A stretch of DNA of 64,000 nt from Candidatus Dadabacteria bacterium. GTDB lineage: Bacteria > Desulfobacterota_D > UBA1144 > Nemesobacterales > CSP1-2. Where the stretch lies: the NCBI GenBank assembly GCA_963805855.1, contig CAWDVW010000005.1:672001-736000 (forward strand), given 5' to 3'. Below the pieces are notes generated by a model. The model ran no database searches. It saw nothing but the letters and a program-made list of their open reading frames with translations, and was not told the origin of the DNA. Each line of letters starts with the position of its first letter. Positions within the stretch are counted from its first letter, which is position 1. Shown here in pieces: positions 38,093 to 49,041 of the stretch. Position numbers and translations under genes: made by a program.

Positions 38093-39733
38093 CTATATTG
38101 GAGATATCAATGCTCCAAACTTTTCCATTATCTTCAGGTTTTCCCTGTAATCAACCGGACAATCAATCACTACCGGTCTATCTTTGGAAAAGGCCTCTTC
38201 CAAAACTGGTTTAAGCTCGTCTGTCGATCCAATCTTATACCCATAGGCACCAAAACTCTCAGCGAATTTGACAAAATCGGGATTACCAAAGTTTACGTGT
38301 GATGTTCTTCCAAAAGAGATGTGCTGCTTAATCTCAATCAAACTGTAACTTTTATCGTGGAAGATCAAACTAACTACCGGAATATTCTCCCTGACCGCCG
38401 TTTCCAATTCCTGACAGTTCATCATAAACCCACCATCACCGGTAACTGTTACCACCTTCCGATGGGGGTAGAGAAGTTTTGCAGCTATAGCGCCCGGCAA
38501 TCCTATGCCCATGGTCGCAAATCCATTTGAGATAATACAAGTGTTGGGTTTATAACAGGGATAAATCCTTGCGACCCAGAGTTTATGCGCGCCGACATCG
38601 GAGACTACAATGTCGTGCTCTCCCATAATGTCTCTTAAGTCCGCTAAGATCTTTTGAGGCTTTGGCGGATACGCTCTGTCGTCTTTATACCTCTCATACT
38701 CACTTAAAATTGCCTTTCTGAGTTGAATTGAATAGTCAGCCTCCGTCGGCGTAGCCCTACCGGCAACCTCTCTCAGGGAAATAGAGATGTCCCCAACAAC
38801 ACCTACGCTAACTATGTAATGGGAATCAACCTCGGCGGGAGACATGTCTACATGAACTATCTTTTTGTCCCTTTTTGGGTTCCATTTCGCCGGCGGATAC
38901 TCAACTATATCATAACCGACTGTAATTATGACATCAGCCTTTGCAAGGCCGGAAGCGATATAATCGCCGGCTTGAAGGCCCACCGTATATAACGAAAGCT
39001 CATGATTATCCGAAAGTGCACCCTTACCCATGAAGGTGTGGGCCACAGGTATATTTAATTTTTCAGCAAAGTACCGAAGCTCCTGTGAAGCATTCCCCCT
39101 TATCACCCCATTTCCCGCTAAGACCATAGGATACTTGGCCTCTGAGATTATGCTGGCCGCCCTTTCAACCTTATCTGACCTCGGATGCGGCTTTGATGGA
39201 AATTGAACAAAGAGCGGACTCTCATTCACTTCCATGTCTGCTACATCTTCGGGGAAATCGATATGAACGGCACCCGGCTTTTCTGTCTGGCAGACCTTAA
39301 AAGCCTTCCTCACCGCTTCGGGAATAATCTCAGGGATCTTAATTTGCGTATTCCATTTTGTTATCGGAGCAAAAATCCCGACAATATCTATGTACTGGTG
39401 AGACTCCTTATGCATTCTATCCAGGGACGCCTGGCCCGTTATCGCTACAAGGGGGGCCCTGTCCATATTTGCGTCTGCTACTCCGGTGATAAGGTTAGTT
39501 GCGCCCGGGCCAAGGGTCGAAAGACAGACCCCCGCCTTCCCACTGAGACGACCATACACATCGGCCATGAAGGCTGCACCCTGTTCGTGGCGTGTCAATA
39601 TGAACCGAATCTTCGAATCTAGGAGGGCATCCATGATCGCGATATTTTCCTCGCCAGGAAGACCGAACATATGATTCACATTATCGCTCTCCAAGCATTT
39701 TACGAGTAATTCGGCTGCTCTCATCAATTTCAC
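38093..39733 (-). CDS. Acetolactate synthase large subunit (TPP enzyme)
   Basis: FGLPGEEN, RHEQGAAFMAD, TLGPGATNL, SDVGAHKLW, SNGFATMGIGLPGAI, TGDGGFMMN; no small subunit adjacent. Confidence 0.93.
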   Translation of the reverse strand: MKLMRAAELLVKCLESDNVNHMFGLPGEENIAIMDALLDSKIRFILTRHEQGAAFMADVYGRLSGKAGVCLSTLGPGATNLITGVADANMDRAPLVAITGQASLDRMHKESHQYIDIVGIFAPITKWNTQIKIPEIIPEAVRKAFKVCQTEKPGAVHIDFPEDVADMEVNESPLFVQFPSKPHPRSDKVERAASIISEAKYPMVLAGNGVIRGNASQELRYFAEKLNIPVAHTFMGKGALSDNHELSLYTVGLQAGDYIASGLAKADVIITVGYDIVEYPPAKWNPKRDKKIVHVDMSPAEVDSHYIVSVGVVGDISISLREVAGRATPTEADYSIQLRKAILSEYERYKDDRAYPPKPQKILADLRDIMGEHDIVVSDVGAHKLWVARIYPCYKPNTCIISNGFATMGIGLPGAIAAKLLYPHRKVVTVTGDGGFMMNCQELETAVRENIPVVSLIFHDKSYSLIEIKQHISFGRTSHVNFGNPDFVKFAESFGAYGYKIGSTDELKPVLEEAFSKDRPVVIDCPVDYRENLKIMEKFGALISPI

Positions 39734-39781
39734 CTTTAGTAATTTGGATATACTACATCCTAGATTTCAATCAAACAGCAA

Positions 39782-40078
39782 TCATTGAGTATCTGTATTC
39801 TTGAAATGCTTCAGAACCAGTGGATCCTTATCCAATTCTGAAATTAGATATCCGACCTCATACTGATCGCCACGATTCCAATACAGCCTGATCCCCTGCG
39901 GCGTTACCAGATAAGAACCCTCCATCTTTGTACCATCCGGAAGTTTAACCTGAAACACTGGATATCCGACGGTACCGCCGCCGATATTAACAATTCTTCT
40001 TTCATCCCTGAGCTTAAGTACACCATATGCCAAATCCCAGATTTTCGGAAATACCTGCCCCTTCACTTCAATTATCAT
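39782..40078 (-). CDS. Hypothetical protein
   Basis: 98-aa ORF co-oriented in the aroC-to-acetolactate synthase run; no motif recognised. Confidence 0.65.
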   Translation of the reverse strand: MIIEVKGQVFPKIWDLAYGVLKLRDERRIVNIGGGTVGYPVFQVKLPDGTKMEGSYLVTPQGIRLYWNRGDQYEVGYLISELDKDPLVLKHFKNTDTQ

Positions 40079-40118
40079 AACAAACCTGCTTCGGGATATA
40101 TAGTTTTCTGATCAAGCA

Positions 40119-40460
40119 TCAATCTAAAACCTCAATCCTTGTGATCATTCCTATGCAAGTTAAAAGCATATCTAAGCCTTTATCCCTGTCGTAGAGATAG
40201 AGTTCAGTTAAAATAGCTCCGCAACCCGAACATTGAATCTCCTCATGGTACCAAGCGTGACATTTTTCGCAAAACATACCCTTCTCTTCATACCAGCGGA
40301 GATGAGAATATAAGAGTTCGTTCAAACCCCTCTTACCCAACGAGTCTGCCCAATAGCTTATGTCTTCTATGACTACATCGCGGAATTTATCTGGAACTTC
40401 AGTAAGATCTCCCGAATAAATCTCCTTTTCGCCGATATAAATCCTAAATAGAGAACCCAT
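40119..40460 (-). CDS. Hypothetical protein with zinc-ribbon (CEKC...CSGC)
   Basis: 113 aa, two CxxC pairs; co-oriented after aroC. Confidence 0.7.
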   Translation of the reverse strand: MGSLFRIYIGEKEIYSGDLTEVPDKFRDVVIEDISYWADSLGKRGLNELLYSHLRWYEEKGMFCEKCHAWYHEEIQCSGCGAILTELYLYDRDKGLDMLLTCIGMITRIEVLD

Positions 40461-40539
40461 TTTTTGAGACTTAGAATTATACCCCTTGTATTATAAATTT
40501 CACGGGGCTTAAATACTTTTTTAAAGATTGCAGATTCCT

Positions 40540-41610
40540 CTAGACCCTTGACACCTTCGACATAAGCAGATGGTCGACTAAAACGAGATTTACCATTGCT
40601 TCGGCAATAGGAACTGCCCTAGGGCACAGACAGGGATCATGTCTACCCTTGACCACTAAATCCTTCTCATCTCCAAATTTGTCTACCGTCTTCTGTACTT
40701 TCGGAATTGAAGAAGTTGGTTTTATCGCAATCCGAACAATTAAATCCTCAGCCGTTGTAATACCGCCGAGTAATCCACCAGCATTGTTGGTCTTAAACCT
40801 TAGCTTCCCCGTGTCATCCTTATACATCAAATCATTAACCTCAGACCCCTTTCGCCTTGCAGCTTCAAACCCTAAACCGACTTCAAAACCCCTTATGCCT
40901 CCGATACTCATTAATGCCCCGGCGAGATCGGCCTCCATCTTGTTGAAAACAGGGCTCCCCAGCCCTGCTGGCACCCCCTTTGACACAACCTCGACTAAGC
41001 CGCCGATAGAATCACCTTCTCTTCTCACATCCTCTATAAGCTCTATCATCTTTTTTGCAACTTCTGGATCAGGGCATCTCACAGGGTTATTCTCAATTTC
41101 CTCAAGATCGACATTTAAGGCAACAATATCACCTACCCGCTTGACGTAACCATACGTTCTTATACCATGGATACCCAGTATCTTTTTTGCGATTGCGGCA
41201 GCGGCCACACGACCAACCGTTTCTCTTGCTGACGACCTTCCACCCCCTCTGTAATCCCTTATCCCGTACTTGGTTTCATAGGTAAAATCCGCATGTCCCG
41301 GACGATAAGTGTCCTTTATGTCTTCGTAAGATTTCGAGATCACATCAGCGTTTTGAATCATCAGAGAGATTGGTGTGCCTAATGTTTTCCCATCAAAGAT
41401 TCCAGAAAGGATCTCAACCCTATCGGGTTCCTTTCGTTGAGTTGTTATCCGGCTTTGTCCCGGCCGCCTCCTATCGAGCTCGCCCTGGATATCATCCTCG
41501 GAGATATCTAGTCCTGCCGGGCATCCATCTATAACTACCCCAAGGGCTGGGCCATGTGACTCCCCCCAGGTAGTAATACGGAAAAGATTTCCAAATGAAT
41601 TTCCCGGCAT
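40540..41610 (-). CDS. aroC: Chorismate synthase
   Basis: [44 protein letters not shown]. Confidence 0.98.
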   Translation of the reverse strand: MPGNSFGNLFRITTWGESHGPALGVVIDGCPAGLDISEDDIQGELDRRRPGQSRITTQRKEPDRVEILSGIFDGKTLGTPISLMIQNADVISKSYEDIKDTYRPGHADFTYETKYGIRDYRGGGRSSARETVGRVAAAAIAKKILGIHGIRTYGYVKRVGDIVALNVDLEEIENNPVRCPDPEVAKKMIELIEDVRREGDSIGGLVEVVSKGVPAGLGSPVFNKMEADLAGALMSIGGIRGFEVGLGFEAARRKGSEVNDLMYKDDTGKLRFKTNNAGGLLGGITTAEDLIVRIAIKPTSSIPKVQKTVDKFGDEKDLVVKGRHDPCLCPRAVPIAEAMVNLVLVDHLLMSKVSRV

Positions 41611-41660
41611 GTGAAAATGTTATATGACTTGGGTTTTTGTTTCAAACACTATCAAATTAT

Positions 41661-42650
41661 CTAATTATCCAGATACCCATTTTCCCTGAACCACAACACT
41701 GTCTTCCTTATAGTTTCCTCTATGGGCGACTGCGAATATCCAAGCTCTTTTATTGCCTTTGAACTATCGCAGTACCAAACATACTTCGATAATTTAACCG
41801 AATCGATGTCCATCGAAGAAAAATTTGGGAAAGATAGACCTAGGATCCTCTCGACTACAAAACCCGAAGTATATGCGATAAAATACGGAATCTTAAATCG
41901 AGGACCCGATATACCGGTAACCTCCTCCAAAAGCTGGAAAAGCTCTTTAAGGGTCACATTCCTATTGCCCAGTATATAACGTTCTCCAATCCGCCCTTTT
42001 TCAGCAGCGAGCAGATGCCCGTCGGCTACGTCGTCTACATCAACCAAATTCATCGTGCCTTCCATATACCCGGGGAATTTTTTCTTACAGAACCAGAGTA
42101 TAAAACCGGTGCTCGACAAATAAATATCGCCGGGTCCGATGACCACCGAAGGGTTTACAATTACCAAAGGCAACCCTTTTTCGCAGATCTTCAAAGCCTC
42201 TTTTTCAGCATGATATTTCGTGTTTAAATATTGGATACCTTCATCTTCAAGGGTAAATTCCGTCTGCTCATTTGCGATACCGCGATCCGGATCAGGTCCA
42301 ACGGCAGCTACGCTGCTGGTATATACGGCTTTTTTGACACCAGCTTCCAGGGCTGCTGAAAGTGCATTAATAGTTCCTTTAACATTAACATCCTTCATCT
42401 TCATGTAATCGGACTTACGAAATGAAACAAAACCAGCTGTATGATAGATGGTATCGCAACCCTCTAAAGCCGCCTTTATTGAGTCCTTTTCCATCACATC
42501 CCCATAAACACGTTCAACATCCAAGCCTTCAATGTTTATGGTCTTGCTAGTCTTTCTCAATAGGACCCTTACCTTTTCACCCCTTTCCACAAGTTTTCTA
42601 ACAACATGTGATCCTATAAACCCTGTCGCACCGGTAACCAAGGTAGCCAT
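41661..42650 (-). CDS. NAD-dependent epimerase/dehydratase (HpnA/dihydroflavonol reductase-like extended SDR)
   Basis: LVTGATGFIG, YTSSVAA, YLNTK (YxxxK), IVNPSVVIGPGD, GRIGERYILG. Confidence 0.88.
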   Translation of the reverse strand: MATLVTGATGFIGSHVVRKLVERGEKVRVLLRKTSKTINIEGLDVERVYGDVMEKDSIKAALEGCDTIYHTAGFVSFRKSDYMKMKDVNVKGTINALSAALEAGVKKAVYTSSVAAVGPDPDRGIANEQTEFTLEDEGIQYLNTKYHAEKEALKICEKGLPLVIVNPSVVIGPGDIYLSSTGFILWFCKKKFPGYMEGTMNLVDVDDVADGHLLAAEKGRIGERYILGNRNVTLKELFQLLEEVTGISGPRFKIPYFIAYTSGFVVERILGLSFPNFSSMDIDSVKLSKYVWYCDSSKAIKELGYSQSPIEETIRKTVLWFRENGYLDN

Positions 42651-42740
42651 ATGTTGCCTCCTTTAAGCTAATAATCTTACTGGAAGAGAGTCTATTATAA
42701 TACAAATAATGTAAGATATGAATTCAATACACATCTTTCA

Positions 42741-44003
42741 TTAATCAAACTTACTGAGCAAGACGACGGATTCAATATGAAATGTCTGCGGAAACATATC
42801 AAATGGACGAATCTTCTCAAGCTTATAATCGTTCTCGGTTAAACTCTTTAGATCCCTGGCTAATGTCGATGGATTACAAGACACATAAATCAATCTTTTT
42901 GGTGATAGCCTTAATAAGTCCTCTAAAATATCCCTCGCACCTTCTCTCGGGGGATCCAGGATGATCAGGTCGAATTTGGATCTTTGATGTGAATTAGTCG
43001 CCACGAAAGAAGCAACTGAAGAACACACAAATCTTACATTTTCTATCATATTCGCCTTTGAATTTCTTCGCGCAAGTGATACCGCCGTTTTACTTACATC
43101 AACCCCTAATACCCCGCGTGCACTTTTTGCAAGATGTAGAGAAAAATTGCCAACACCCGAGAACAGATCTAGGACCTCTTCATTGCCCTCGAGCTTAGCC
43201 CAGTCCAAGACAGTACTGACCAGCTGCTCATTAGTTCTACTATTTGCCTGCATGAATATGGATGGAACCGAATTAAATTTGAGACCCAGTGACTCAAACT
43301 GAAATACATGTTCTCCATGATCCTCAAAGCCCAGGTCTTTGAAGGCTTCATTAAGCTCGTGGACCTCTTTTGAACCAGAATAAACATATCCCTCACCCCC
43401 ATTTGGGATACAAGAAAAAGTCACACAAGCCCTCTTACCATCAGAGACAATATTAATTCTGTTAAACGGCAACGAATCATATTCATCTTTTAAGAAGAAT
43501 TCATTTAGGTCCTCTATCTCTGAATTAATTACTTCCGATGCGATAGGACATGCATTAATTGGAACCCTCCTAAATTCTCCTTTCTCATGATAGCCGAGTT
43601 TAAACTTTCGATCTTCCAACCAGGCCGAAAGCGTGACCCTCTCCCTATAGCCATATTCATAAGGAGATGGAACGATTGGCTCAATATTCAATTCCCTGAA
43701 ACCACCTATTCTAACGAGTGTCTCGGCAAGGATTTGCTCTTTAGCCCTTAGCTGAAAAGCGTAATTTATATGCTGCCATTGACATCCACCACATGTTCCG
43801 AAAACAGGACATTTGGGCACAGTCCTCTCTGGAGAGGGTCTTATAATTCTTACTATCCTAGCTTCCGCGAAGGTTCTCTTATCCTTAACAACAGTCACCT
43901 CAAGCAAATCCCCCGGAATTCCGCCACGAACAAAGGTGGCCTTCCCATCGACTCTTGCAAAGCCCAAACCGCCATAAATTAACTTTTCGATTTCTACGAG
44001 CAA
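42741..44003 (-). CDS. rlmD: 23S rRNA (uracil-1939-C5)-methyltransferase
   Basis: TRAM N-terminus, CPVFGTCGGCQWQH Fe-S motif, LDLFSGVGNF, LDPPREG, YVSCNPSTLARD, FDMFPQTFHIE. Confidence 0.93.
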   Translation of the reverse strand: MLVEIEKLIYGGLGFARVDGKATFVRGGIPGDLLEVTVVKDKRTFAEARIVRIIRPSPERTVPKCPVFGTCGGCQWQHINYAFQLRAKEQILAETLVRIGGFRELNIEPIVPSPYEYGYRERVTLSAWLEDRKFKLGYHEKGEFRRVPINACPIASEVINSEIEDLNEFFLKDEYDSLPFNRINIVSDGKRACVTFSCIPNGGEGYVYSGSKEVHELNEAFKDLGFEDHGEHVFQFESLGLKFNSVPSIFMQANSRTNEQLVSTVLDWAKLEGNEEVLDLFSGVGNFSLHLAKSARGVLGVDVSKTAVSLARRNSKANMIENVRFVCSSVASFVATNSHQRSKFDLIILDPPREGARDILEDLLRLSPKRLIYVSCNPSTLARDLKSLTENDYKLEKIRPFDMFPQTFHIESVVLLSKFD

Positions 44004-44398
44004 ATCAAGCCCTTCTCAAAGATTAAACGTAATCAGAGGATCGAAGTTGCAATTCACAAAATGATAACACATTAACCTCAGGCTCTGGCTTGTCCTCACA
44101 CACTGAAGACTTTAACAGGCAAGCATCTTGTTGTCGTCTACAACATCCCGCCGACCCCACGCCGCGTTATAGCAAGACGCTCGGCGCAAGCTCGCCGAGT
44201 GCGATGAATTTTACTGCCACTGGGATGATTAAATTAGCTATCTGTTTACTATTCACTTAGCATAAAAAGGCTGATACAGTAAAGGTCTTACTCCTTGCTT
44301 AAATTGTTTTCTTAAAAATTGAATTTTGATTAAATTATATGCTTATTTAAATTACTTATAGTCAAATACAAAGAGGTAGAATAATTAAGGAGGCAGAG

Positions 44399-44776
44399 AT
44401 GAGGCAAAATGGCTTATCTAAACTTACAGTAAGTTTGATCATCACGACTGTTCTGGCAGGGGCATTATTTATTTCCTTTGAAAATGCCTACTCGGTAGAG
44501 ACTACGTGTGATTTCCAGCACAGGGAATGTTACACAAAAAAGGGCTACCCGGCCTGTTACCACAAATTGGATATCGAAAAGTATTACCAGTTTCTGAATG
44601 AAGGAAACACCGAATTCGCAGATCAAATACTTTCTGATGGCAACAAATGCTTCACTCTCAAAGGTAATGAAAAGGCGTTTATGCTTGGAAAGGGATCCGG
44701 CTATGTTAAATTCGGAATTAGGGGTCAAGATAAAACCTTCTGGTCCCTAAGAGAGGCTCTTGTGTCAAGGCAATAA
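44399..44776 (+). CDS. Hypothetical secreted protein (4 Cys)
   Basis: AGGAGG RBS; signal peptide ending AYS. Confidence 0.75.
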   Translation: MRQNGLSKLTVSLIITTVLAGALFISFENAYSVETTCDFQHRECYTKKGYPACYHKLDIEKYYQFLNEGNTEFADQILSDGNKCFTLKGNEKAFMLGKGSGYVKFGIRGQDKTFWSLREALVSRQ

Positions 44777-44944
44777 CAAGATCCGTACCCTTGAGCAATC
44801 CGAATCGCAGTCTCAAACTCAGTGAGTAATTCTTTAATTAAAGTCATAAGCTAAGCGGGTCACCTTTTCTATATTGCATTTATTTTTAACTAGGTTAGAT
44901 TCTTAATTCAGGAACAAATACATCTCGGAGGCTTCCGGATAAAT

Positions 44945-45430
44945 ATGATCAAGAAATTGCTCATAACTCTAGCACTCATAATGGGTGCCACAACACTCTC
45001 GATGGCAGAAAACTGGGAAAATGTAGGCGATACAAATGCAAGATTTGAGGGGATAGTAAACAATGTCGGAAAGCAAGCGGCTGTCAGGCAAAAGGATGTC
45101 TTAGAGGCGTTTCAAAATTTTGATTATGAAGTATACATAGACACCGATAGCATAAAAGAGACTCGTGATTCTGAAAAAAGTGCTCAGGTTAAGGCTGTTT
45201 TTTTGGAGGAACATGAAATAGCACAAACCGAAAAGAAATTTAAATATGTCCTAGCAGAAATTGCTTTTAACTGTTCTCAAGATGCGATATGGTTCATAAA
45301 TGGAGGAGTGTATGACAATGATGGTAATCTGTTAAGAGATGCGCAAACGGTTTATGTTCCGGTTGTACCATCGAAACTATCAAAAAATTCACTTGAAAGA
45401 TTTATGTGGGAAAAAGTTTGTCTAATGTGA
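44945..45430 (+). CDS. Hypothetical secreted protein (surface-adhesin-E-like pattern)
   Basis: Signal peptide ending SMA; ENW..YIDTDSI..FNC..YDNDG..VC pattern. Confidence 0.65.
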   Translation: MIKKLLITLALIMGATTLSMAENWENVGDTNARFEGIVNNVGKQAAVRQKDVLEAFQNFDYEVYIDTDSIKETRDSEKSAQVKAVFLEEHEIAQTEKKFKYVLAEIAFNCSQDAIWFINGGVYDNDGNLLRDAQTVYVPVVPSKLSKNSLERFMWEKVCLM

Positions 45431-45782
45431 ATATCTAATTAGTAATTAATATTGGTTGTAATATTAAATCCCCTGATTCCCGGCAATTATTGTATTCCTT
45501 CTTGTCTAATCTGATATTCTTGGAAATAAATATAGAAGCGTTAAATCGTCTATCCGCATTCCGCTACTTTTTTACTTCTTGAATCCCTTAATCAACAACG
45601 TAGATGAATTTTTTGAACACAATAATTAGGTGTAACCAACGCAGCAACCCTATTCTTGTATGAGGCAAAGCAATACACAATTGTAGCGTTTAGCTACTTA
45701 ATTTAGTTAAAATAAGTAATTGGTTTTCCAACAATTTTATATTTATGTTGAAAAACCAAAATGCTAAATCTCAAACCAATCT

Positions 45783-47606
45783 ATGAAACCAATCAAGATC
45801 CATGAGACAGCCTATTTTAATCTACCTACTGAAATCCTCTGGAAATACCTGGCCGATACCGACCAGTTAAATAAAAACATTGGTCTCCCCGATGTCTCCT
45901 TTGTTCCGTTGTCGGAGCCTGTAAGAAAAGGATATTACAACGCTGTGATAAAGTTTCTTGGCGTCAAGATAAAATATGAGGAGTATCCCTTCGATTTTAT
46001 TGCCGGCGATTATTATGAGGTAAAGAGAGGCTTCAAGTCCGGCCCCTTCAAGACAATAGAGGGAGGGGTCAAGCTCTTACCTCAGACTAAAGGCACACGG
46101 CTGAATGTCTACACCATCGTAACGCCGCGAAACTGGATCGGATATATCCTTGCGCACTCGGTGCTCAAAAAGAAGGCCACTCGGGACATAGTTGCCTTCA
46201 TCAGACATCTGGAACAGCAATTTCTTCTGAAACGCGATATTAATTCCATCGCTACCTTAAGACCTCCAGAGATTAACATCGACGAGTTAATTAATCGCTT
46301 GAACAAGCTGAAGAGCTATCCAGTTGATAAGGGTCTAGTCTTCAGGTTAGAAAAATTTCTAAAGTATTCTTCAGATTTAGAGGTCAGAAGAATACGTCCT
46401 TTCGAGCTGGCTTATCAATGGGGACAAGATCCAATGCAACTGCTAAAGTTCTTTCTCTACGCCGCAAAAGCGGGTGTTTTGGATCTAATTTGGCATGTTT
46501 TATGCCCCAATTGCAGAGCGGCCACACAGGAGGTGTCAAATTTGTACGCCCTCAGATCGGATTCTCATTGCTCGACATGTCAGATAAAGTTTGACTCCGA
46601 CTTTTCAAAATCGGTGGAAGCGCTCTTTAGCGTTCATAACTCGGTCAGAGTTGCTCACAATGCTATATACTGCATCGGAGGCCCCGCAAATATGCCCCAA
46701 GTCCAGGCCCAATTCAGACTCGCGCCACACGTGAAGAGAGATGAAAGGGTTACATTGGAAAATGGCAAAGTTAGAATTAGGAGTTATCACTTCAAAGATA
46801 TAACCCGCCGTTCGATCTCGAATGACGAAGAATCACTTTCTCATCTTACGGTTCGTGCCACTCCTGGGGGGCTGGCTGTTGACGATACGATATTAAAAGC
46901 CGGTACGGTCGAAATTCATTTCATAAATGATCTCGATTATGAAATACTTATCGTTATCGAGCACGAGAATTATCTTAAATATACGGCGACAGCCGCACAG
47001 GTAATCACCTTGCAGGAATTTCGAGATCTATTTCCCGGTGTTACGCTATCGCAAGGGGTTCAGATTGCGTTTTCCGATCTGGTCCTTCTCTTCACCGATC
47101 TTAAGGGCTCCACTGCCATGTACGAGACGGTGGGAGATTCAATGGCCTTCGAATTTGTGCAGAATCATTTCAAGTTCATAACCGGGATTGTAAGAAAGTA
47201 TAACGGCGGAATAGTGAAAACAATGGGCGATGCCGTAATGGCCTCTTTTATAAACCCTAAGGATGCGTTTCAAGCTGCACTTGATACGCAGCTAGAATGG
47301 AAATCTTTTATTGAAAGCGCGAATTCTAGTACCAATGTACAACTCAAAATCGGCCTTCATAAAGGAACGGGCTATGCAGTCAATGAAAAAGAGAATCAGG
47401 ACTTTTTCGGGTCTATGGTCAACGAGGCCTCCAGAATCGAATCGAAATCAAGCGGAGGGGATATAGTTTTTTCAAAAGATATACTTGAAGATCCAGGCGT
47501 CAAATTCATTCTAGGCCAAAGAGGACTTACTCCCGAAACCTTTACAACCCGATTAAAGGGATTGGTAGAAAACAGGACTCTCTACCGGGTTCAGGTCCTG
47601 AGTTAG
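45783..47606 (+). CDS. Soluble class III adenylate cyclase with N-terminal SRPBCC-like and Cys-motif domains
   Basis: LFTDLKGST, VKTMGDAVMA, DFFGSMVNEASRIE; CPNC...HCSTC; N-terminal LWKYLADTDQLN. Confidence 0.9.
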   Translation: MKPIKIHETAYFNLPTEILWKYLADTDQLNKNIGLPDVSFVPLSEPVRKGYYNAVIKFLGVKIKYEEYPFDFIAGDYYEVKRGFKSGPFKTIEGGVKLLPQTKGTRLNVYTIVTPRNWIGYILAHSVLKKKATRDIVAFIRHLEQQFLLKRDINSIATLRPPEINIDELINRLNKLKSYPVDKGLVFRLEKFLKYSSDLEVRRIRPFELAYQWGQDPMQLLKFFLYAAKAGVLDLIWHVLCPNCRAATQEVSNLYALRSDSHCSTCQIKFDSDFSKSVEALFSVHNSVRVAHNAIYCIGGPANMPQVQAQFRLAPHVKRDERVTLENGKVRIRSYHFKDITRRSISNDEESLSHLTVRATPGGLAVDDTILKAGTVEIHFINDLDYEILIVIEHENYLKYTATAAQVITLQEFRDLFPGVTLSQGVQIAFSDLVLLFTDLKGSTAMYETVGDSMAFEFVQNHFKFITGIVRKYNGGIVKTMGDAVMASFINPKDAFQAALDTQLEWKSFIESANSSTNVQLKIGLHKGTGYAVNEKENQDFFGSMVNEASRIESKSSGGDIVFSKDILEDPGVKFILGQRGLTPETFTTRLKGLVENRTLYRVQVLS

Positions 47607-47802
47607 GTGGAATTAAAATGGTCAATCTTATATCTAAATTTACGACATAAGTAAATCTCTAATACCTTTATGAAATGTCGTACCCCCTTGAATTAGATTT
47701 TGTACTCAGAACACCTCTATATTTTCTTATAAAAATAGTAGATACTATTTAATCATGTTAAATCGTTAATTTTTCTTGAATTCAAAAACAAGGAGAGACA
47801 CC

Positions 47803-48609
47803 ATGCCTAAAGTAAAAGCAAATAATATAAATATGAATTATGAAAAACAGGGCACTGGAGAACCCCTAATCCTTATACCCTTTACGAGCGCCGATAATGC
47901 TTGCTACGCGTTTCAACTCCCGGATTATTCCAAGCACTTCGAATGTTTCACGATCGACCCGAGGGGAGCGGGCGAAACTGACAAACCCGGGGGTACCTAT
48001 ACTATCGAGCTATTGGCTGACGATGTTGCTGCTCTTATGCAGGAGTTAGGGATCGAGAGAGCCCATGTAGCGGGAGTCTCCCTGGGAGCGGTGATCGGTA
48101 TTTGGCTCGCGGCAAAATATAGCGAAAGGGTTAAATCCCTATCGATCCATAGCGGATGGACGAAGACCGATCTTTTCTTAAAAACCGCGGTAGAAGGTTG
48201 GCAGGTGATGGCAAAAGCACTTAACAATGTCGCTGAAGCTGTCATCCTGGGCATTTTCCCATGGTGCTTTACGCCATCTCTATATGCGTCAAGACCCGAT
48301 TACATAAATTCCCTCGCTGATTTCGTGAGAAGCAGACCAGCGCAGCCGGTCGACGCCTTTATACAACAGACAGACGCTGTTATATCGCATGACTGTGTGT
48401 CTCAGCTAGGAAAGATTGAAGCCCCTACCCTGATAACCTTCGGTGAGTACGATTTGATATGTTCAACACGCTTTGCCGACCCTATGAAGAATAATATCCG
48501 AGATTCAGAATTATTAGTTTTTAAAGATTGTTCCCATGCTGGGTTGTATGAGAAAACCGAGGAATTCAACCAGAAGACACTGGATTTCTTGATTCGCCAT
48601 TCTGGTTAG
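47803..48609 (+). CDS. Alpha/beta hydrolase (enol-lactonase-like)
   Basis: AGGAG RBS; DPRGAGET, GVSLGA nucleophile elbow, GEYD, CSH. Confidence 0.9.
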   Translation: MPKVKANNINMNYEKQGTGEPLILIPFTSADNACYAFQLPDYSKHFECFTIDPRGAGETDKPGGTYTIELLADDVAALMQELGIERAHVAGVSLGAVIGIWLAAKYSERVKSLSIHSGWTKTDLFLKTAVEGWQVMAKALNNVAEAVILGIFPWCFTPSLYASRPDYINSLADFVRSRPAQPVDAFIQQTDAVISHDCVSQLGKIEAPTLITFGEYDLICSTRFADPMKNNIRDSELLVFKDCSHAGLYEKTEEFNQKTLDFLIRHSG

Positions 48610-48642
48610 CAAACAAGGTCTCTCATGCATTTATGTCCAGAA

Positions 48643-49041
48643 TGTAGCGGCGACCTTTAAGAGCATATGGGGTCGCGCATGAATAAATGAGTTATTTTTC
48701 TTTTTGTTACTCGTCCTCTTTGTATTTCAAATTATGCTTATTACTGCCGTCATAATGGATTTCCTATGTCTTGTCCTCTTCCTTCTTTTCATTATCAATT
48801 AGAAGACAAGTGGAGGACTAAGGTCCTCCGGTACATGTCTATTCGCGGCTGGAAGCCGCTCCTACCGTTTCACTCAGGACTCGCGACCCAGGGCTCACGG
48901 TTCCAAATGACACTTTTGTGGATCCCCCGCTAACAATCCGCGGGAATGACAGGAGGGGTAGGCAAATGACCTCTCTGTGGATTCTCGAAAAGAATTTAGA
49001 GTATGACAGAGGGTGTTGGATTCCCGATTACTAATTTCGGA
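48643..49041. repeat. Intergenic repeat hotspot: GTAG REPs, solo TIR copy, TGGAT..ATGACA palindromes
   Basis: TGTAGCGGCGACCTTTA 48643; GGGGTCGCGCATGAATAAATGAGTTATT 48669-48696; TGGAGGACTAAGGTCCTCCGGTACA 48811; TCGCGGCTGGAAGCCGCTCCTAC 48843; TGGAT..-type units at 48919, 48978, 49017. Confidence 0.8.

Noticed and set aside
44179-44200. GC hairpin CTCGGCG-CAAGCT-CGCCGAG upstream of rlmD as a riboswitch or ncRNA
   Set aside because: It is a single short hairpin with no recognisable aptamer motif, more likely a decayed palindromic repeat; an Rfam search would settle it.
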